64,000 nucleotides of DNA, from NCBI GenBank assembly GCA_937894795.1, contig CALCQV010000167.1, forward strand, positions 1,502 through 65,501. Reading direction: 5' to 3'. The notes below the pieces were generated by a model that was not told where the DNA came from, made no database searches, and was given only the letters and a program-made list of their open reading frames with translations. This DNA is from an uncultured Bacteroidales bacterium. GTDB taxonomy: Bacteria > Bacteroidota > Bacteroidia > Bacteroidales > Lentimicrobiaceae. Numbering within the stretch: the stretch's first letter is position 1; each line of letters begins with the position of its first letter. A program made the translations under genes and the position numbers. Positions 59,740 to 64,000 of the stretch are shown piece by piece.

Positions 59740-60650
59740 AGATAAAAGGTCACCCCCTCTTCAGCAATAATTGTTTCACTGAAAGTGTTTCTTGCTTCCT
59801 CAAGCAAGGGTATCAGATCATCATAACGGGCAGAAAAATGCCCCAGCATCAGTTTCTTCACCTGAGCTTTCAACGCAATAGTGGCAGCTTGTATATTGGT
59901 GGAATGCATTTTCTCCATGGCTGCCTCATGCATATCACCACCGAAAGTCGATTCATGATATAATAGATCACACCCTCTAATGCTCTCAATGATATCTTCA
60001 TCATAGATGGTATCAGAGCAAAAAGCATACGATCGGGAAGGCTCTGAAGGGCTTGTTAACAGGTGATTCGGAACCCGTTCACCATCATCATTGATAAAGT
60101 CTGATCCACGTCGTAAAGAATTATAATATACTATTGGAACGCCATACCTGTCAGCAGCATTTTTATTGATATGCTTAGGCATCTCCTTTTCTTTGAAAAA
60201 GAAACCGGTAGTTGGTATTCTGTGCTTCAGGGGAAATGAACTTACTGTCAATTTCCCGTCATCATATATCACCTCTTCAGTCAGTGTATTTGTTTCCTTG
60301 AAATTCAATGGATAATACAGGGTAGTGGCAGATGCTTCTAGCTGCAGTTGAATAATCTCTTTCAATAAAGGGGGGCCGTAAATGGTAAGCTCATCTGTCC
60401 TTCTCAACAGATGCATGGTTGAAATCAACCCAATAAGGCCATAAAAATGATCGCCATGCAGATGGCTTATAAATATATGCTTTATTTTTCTGGTGCGCAC
60501 TTTAAGTTCACGTAAGCGGAATTGGGTCCCTTCGCCACAATCAATAAGGAACAACCGATCACAATGGTTTACGAGGTGTGATGTGAGATTTCGTTCAGGA
60601 GTTGCAATGGCAGCGCTACTCCCCAGTATCGTAACAGAAAATTCTTTCAT
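59736..60650 (-). CDS. rnz: Ribonuclease Z
   Basis: DCGEG, HLHGDH, HRIPT, HESTF, MHST and GHFSARY motifs. Confidence 0.96.
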   Translation of the reverse strand: MKEFSVTILGSSAAIATPERNLTSHLVNHCDRLFLIDCGEGTQFRLRELKVRTRKIKHIFISHLHGDHFYGLIGLISTMHLLRRTDELTIYGPPLLKEIIQLQLEASATTLYYPLNFKETNTLTEEVIYDDGKLTVSSFPLKHRIPTTGFFFKEKEMPKHINKNAADRYGVPIVYYNSLRRGSDFINDDGERVPNHLLTSPSEPSRSYAFCSDTIYDEDIIESIRGCDLLYHESTFGGDMHEAAMEKMHSTNIQAATIALKAQVKKLMLGHFSARYDDLIPLLEEARNTFSETIIAEEGVTFYL

Positions 60651-60980
60651 GATATGCTATAGTAGTTAATGATATCCTGGAATCCTTAGGATGTAAAGTT
60701 ACAAACTGTATCATTAAGATATTGCGTTAATGAAAGGCTTATTGCCATCTTTCTATAAATGGAAGTGTAAGGCTTAAAATTAGTCCGGTACTTTAGGGAA
60801 CACAGGTATCATTGGATTCATCTGTTTAAAGCTTCAGGCTCTAAAGAATTTACTTACAACAAATATCACAGGTGTCAGAGTCGTTTCCTGCTTTATGGGG
60901 AAGACTCTAAAGTATTTACGTACAATAAAAGCACATAATATGGGAGAGATCACTTGAGTGTAGAAGGCTGAATATCAATA

Positions 60981-61019
60981 AAAAAAAGAGGCTGTATTCA
61001 TGTTATGATACAGCCTCTT
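60981..61019 (-). terminator. rpsA terminator
   Basis: AAGAGGCTGTAT/ATACAGCCTCTT stem, with a T-tract on the minus strand. Confidence 0.85.
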
Positions 61020-61037
61020 CTGAATTATGTAGTCTGA

Positions 61038-63077
61038 TTATTCTGACTTCTTGTTTGATTTTGCAGCTTTTTCTGACTGTTCCATATCGGATTTCAGATT
61101 AGCGAGAGCTTCAAGGTCACCGAGGGTAGTTTTCTCGAGATTATCCTTGAGTTTCTTTACAGCGCGTTTGGTTGTAGTTTCAGCACTTTCTTTAGCTGAT
61201 GCCACTTCCTTATTCTTCTCGGCAGCAACATCCTGGAATATGCGTGAATGTGAGAGTATGATTTTCTTGTTCTCTTTTGAGAACTCAATAACCTTAAACT
61301 CAAGAGTTTCATCAACCTTAGCTGAGCTATTGTCTTCCTTCACGATATGACGAAGTGGAGCGAATCCCTCAACACCATAAGGCAGGGCAACAACAACGCC
61401 CTTATCACTTGCAGCGGTAATGGTTCCTTTGTGAACTGAGCCCATGGAGAAGACTGTTTCAAATACATCCCATGGATTTTCTTCCAGTTGTTTGTGACCA
61501 AGGCTCAACCTGCGGTTTTCAACATCAACATCAAGAACAATCACATCAATCTTTTCACCAATCTTGGTAAATTCAGCAGGATGTTTGATTTTCTTCGACC
61601 ATGAAAGATCAGAGATATGGATCAATCCATCAACGCCTTCTTCCAATTCAACAAAGATGCCGAAATTGGTGAAGTTACGAACGGTAGCAACATGCTTGGA
61701 GTTGATAGGATATTTATCGCGGATGTTAGTCCATGGATCAGGTATAAGTTGTTTGATACCCAATGACATCTTGCGCTCTTCGCGATCTAAAGTCAGGATA
61801 ACAGCATTCACTTCATCACCTACCTTCAGGAAGTCCTGAGCAGTGCGTAAGTGCTGTGACCATGACATTTCAGAAACGTGGATCAAACCTTCAACACCGG
61901 CAGCAATTTCAATAAATGCACCATAGTCGGCAATAACCACTACGCGGCCTTTAACCTGGTCACCCACTTTGATGTTTTCATCAAGTGAATCCCATGGATG
62001 AGGAGTAAGTTGTTTGAGACCGAGGGCGATACGCTTTTTGTTTTCATCGAAATCGAGGATAACAACGCTGATTTTCTGATCAAGCTGAACTATTTCTTCA
62101 GGATGGTTGATACGTCCCCATGAAAGGTCAGTAATATGAACCAAACCATCAACACCACCAAGGTCAACAAATACACCGTAAGAAGTAATGTTCTTAACGG
62201 TACCTTCAAGAATCTGGCCTTTTTCAAGTTTGCTGATAATGTCAGCTTTCTGGTGTTCAAGTTCGTCTTCAATAAGAGCCTTATGTGAAACAACCACATT
62301 CTTATACTCCTGGTTGATCTTAACAACCTTAAATTCCATTACTTTGTCAACATAGACATCGTAATCCCTGATAGGTTTAACATCGATCTGAGAACCCGGA
62401 AGGAATGCTTCAATTCCGAATACATCTACGATCAAGCCACCTTTAGTACGGCATTTAACATAACCGTTAATAATTTCTTCTTTTTCAAAAGCCTGGTTAA
62501 CGCGCTCCCATGAACGGAGGATGCGGGCTTTCTTGTGCGACAGTAATAACTGGCCGCCCATATCTTCTTGGCTTTCAACATATACTTCAATCTTATCACC
62601 AACTTTTAGATTGGGATTATATCGCAGTTCCGATTGTGGAATAACGCCATCAGATTTAAAACCAATGTTAACAACAACCTCACGGCTGTTCATGGCGACA
62701 ACGGTGCCATCAATTACTTCATGCTCAACAATAGAGCTGAGAGTCTTGTCGTACAAGCCTTCCAGTTTGTTTCTCTCGTCAGCTGTGTAGTTTTCGTGTT
62801 TTTTACCAATAGCATCCCAGTCGAAGTTCTCTAAGGAGACCTGTGCAACCAGTGGTGCTTTCAGTTTTTCAACAGTAGGTTCATCATCATCATCAAAAGC
62901 AGGGGCTTCTGCTGGGACTTCTGTACTTACTGTGGTTTCCGGGGTTTCAACTGCAGAGGCTTCTGCCGGTTGCTCAGTGTTTGCAACCTGATCTTCAGTA
63001 GCTTCAATCTGCTCCTCGGCAGCCGGCTCCTGGTTTAATAATTCATCATTATTGACGTTCAATTCGTTGTTCGTCAT
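61038..63077 (-). CDS. rpsA: 30S ribosomal protein S1
   Basis: Six S1 domains (GLIVDVFGIEAFLPGSQID, YGVFVDLGGVDGLVHITDLSW) and the Bacteroidota ENFDWDA lead-in. Confidence 0.98.
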   Translation of the reverse strand: MTNNELNVNNDELLNQEPAAEEQIEATEDQVANTEQPAEASAVETPETTVSTEVPAEAPAFDDDDEPTVEKLKAPLVAQVSLENFDWDAIGKKHENYTADERNKLEGLYDKTLSSIVEHEVIDGTVVAMNSREVVVNIGFKSDGVIPQSELRYNPNLKVGDKIEVYVESQEDMGGQLLLSHKKARILRSWERVNQAFEKEEIINGYVKCRTKGGLIVDVFGIEAFLPGSQIDVKPIRDYDVYVDKVMEFKVVKINQEYKNVVVSHKALIEDELEHQKADIISKLEKGQILEGTVKNITSYGVFVDLGGVDGLVHITDLSWGRINHPEEIVQLDQKISVVILDFDENKKRIALGLKQLTPHPWDSLDENIKVGDQVKGRVVVIADYGAFIEIAAGVEGLIHVSEMSWSQHLRTAQDFLKVGDEVNAVILTLDREERKMSLGIKQLIPDPWTNIRDKYPINSKHVATVRNFTNFGIFVELEEGVDGLIHISDLSWSKKIKHPAEFTKIGEKIDVIVLDVDVENRRLSLGHKQLEENPWDVFETVFSMGSVHKGTITAASDKGVVVALPYGVEGFAPLRHIVKEDNSSAKVDETLEFKVIEFSKENKKIILSHSRIFQDVAAEKNKEVASAKESAETTTKRAVKKLKDNLEKTTLGDLEALANLKSDMEQSEKAAKSNKKSE

Positions 63078-63192
63078 TTACTTTTTCTTTGTGGTTCTTG
63101 TGGAACCTGGTTAATACTCAGTTAATTACACGTTCAGCCAGATAGGTACTACACAAAATAAAATTATAATGCGAGCCGGCCAAACAGGGGTG

Positions 63193-63200
63193 CAAAGGTA
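63193..63200 (-). promoter_or_regulatory. -7 promoter element for rpsA
   Basis: TACCTTTG on the minus strand about 115 nt upstream of the ATG. Confidence 0.7.
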
Positions 63201-63326
63201 GTAATTATTTAATTAAATAAAACGCTAATAGATTAATTTACAAGTAGAATTCAACAACTTTTAAATCCTCCTTAATAGAGAATTTTCAGTATGATCAATC
63301 AATGGGAAATTGTGTACCAGGCAATG

Positions 63327-63761
63327 TTATAAGGTCCTGTTCTCCCCTATCATCTTGTCGTAGGCTTCATCATTGGCCTCCCAGAGTTCTAATTTCAAGC
63401 CTTCAGGATCAATGATATGTGCAAAGCGGCCGTAATCAGTTTCTTCAATGGCCTTTAATCTATAGACTCCATTTTCAGAAAGCTTAGCTAGAATGGCTTC
63501 CAGGTTATCAACCCTAAAATTTATCATTACTTCTTTATCAGAAGGCTTGAAATACTCACTGGCTTGCGAGAAAGGTGACCATACAGTGAAACCTCTTTCT
63601 TCAGTGTTATGGCTTTTACGCCATTCAAAGCTGGTACCATATTCATCAATATTAATACCCAGATTGTCGGCATACCACTTTTTAACAGCTTCAGGATCAT
63701 TGTATTTAATGAAGATACCGCCTAAACCGGTCACCCGGCCAATTGATTTATGCTCATTCAT
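63327..63761 (-). CDS. VOC/glyoxalase family protein
   Basis: RVTGLGGIFIK, MINFRVDNL and YGRFAHIIDPEGLKLELWE motifs. Confidence 0.92.
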   Translation of the reverse strand: MNEHKSIGRVTGLGGIFIKYNDPEAVKKWYADNLGINIDEYGTSFEWRKSHNTEERGFTVWSPFSQASEYFKPSDKEVMINFRVDNLEAILAKLSENGVYRLKAIEETDYGRFAHIIDPEGLKLELWEANDEAYDKMIGENRTL

Positions 63762-63773
63762 CTACCTGAATTA

Positions 63774-64000
63774 TTAACGTTTTTTCTGTTGTTGTTTCGC
63801 CATATCTTCCAACCTCTTCTGGAAGTTTGATTTCTTGACGGGCTTTTTCTTGTTCTCCTGTATCTGGGCATGCAATTTCTTCTCGTCAACAAACCTCCTT
63901 ATGATATACATCTGCGCAAAGGTGAACAGATTGGCCAGCAGGTAATAATAGCTCAAACCTGATGAATAGCTGTTGAAGAAGCCCAGGAACATTACCGGCA
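63774..64000 (-). CDS. yidC: 3' end of membrane protein insertase YidC, truncated by the window edge
   Basis: PVMFLGFFNSYSSGLSYYY..NLFTFAQ..KKSNFQKRLE is the Bacteroidota YidC C-terminus. Confidence 0.9.
   Translation of the reverse strand, partial: PVMFLGFFNSYSSGLSYYYLLANLFTFAQMYIIRRFVDEKKLHAQIQENKKKPVKKSNFQKRLEDMAKQQQKKR

Noticed and set aside
60651-61037. Possible small gene or ncRNA between rnz and rpsA
   Set aside because: I found only very short ORFs and no recognisable RNA structure beyond the rpsA terminator.

Overview
This 64 kb looks like core chromosome of an anaerobic or aerotolerant Bacteroidota bacterium, probably Bacteroidales. The basis is the TAnnTTTG -7 promoter boxes, T9SS C-terminal domains, Omp28 proteins and Bacteroidota-type S1 and YidC; any finer taxonomy would be a guess. 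I see no prophage, integrase, transposase, CRISPR array or rRNA. Main content: a group A3 [FeFe]-hydrogenase operon (HndB-like, HydB, HydA, HydC) preceded by PHP and stand-alone HATPase genes; sucC; an ECF sigma factor; lolD; a TPR/coiled-coil protein; a class V aminotransferase; a Cu+-type P1B ATPase with five N-terminal metal-binding repeats; three tRNAs; two tandem T9SS Omp28 (CxxC) paralogs; Fe-type SOD; pepE; a PD40/OmpA protein; folD; ffh; typA; an Rrf2-FeS-cupin-PepSY-cupin cluster; nrfHA; lplA; DUF1338; a YdiJ-like FAD/FeS oxidoreductase; tcdA; a hybrid kinase; rnz; rpsA; and part of yidC. The observations most worth following up are: (1) a DUF1338 (HglS-like) gene next to a YdiJ-like gene, suggesting a 2-oxoadipate to D-2-hydroxyglutarate to 2-oxoglutarate route in a hydrogenase-bearing anaerobe; (2) an AT-rich 1.6 kb region holding two small ORFs around a 22-bp tandem array and a 19-bp perfect hairpin; (3) two genes with apparent internal deletions, one frameshifting a ~1600 aa T9SS protein; (4) a family of terminators sharing the stem AAGAGGCTGT/ACAGCCTCTT; (5) an hcp-less Rrf2 operon with a PepSY membrane protein near nrfHA. 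All functional calls come from reading motifs by eye; no database searches were run.
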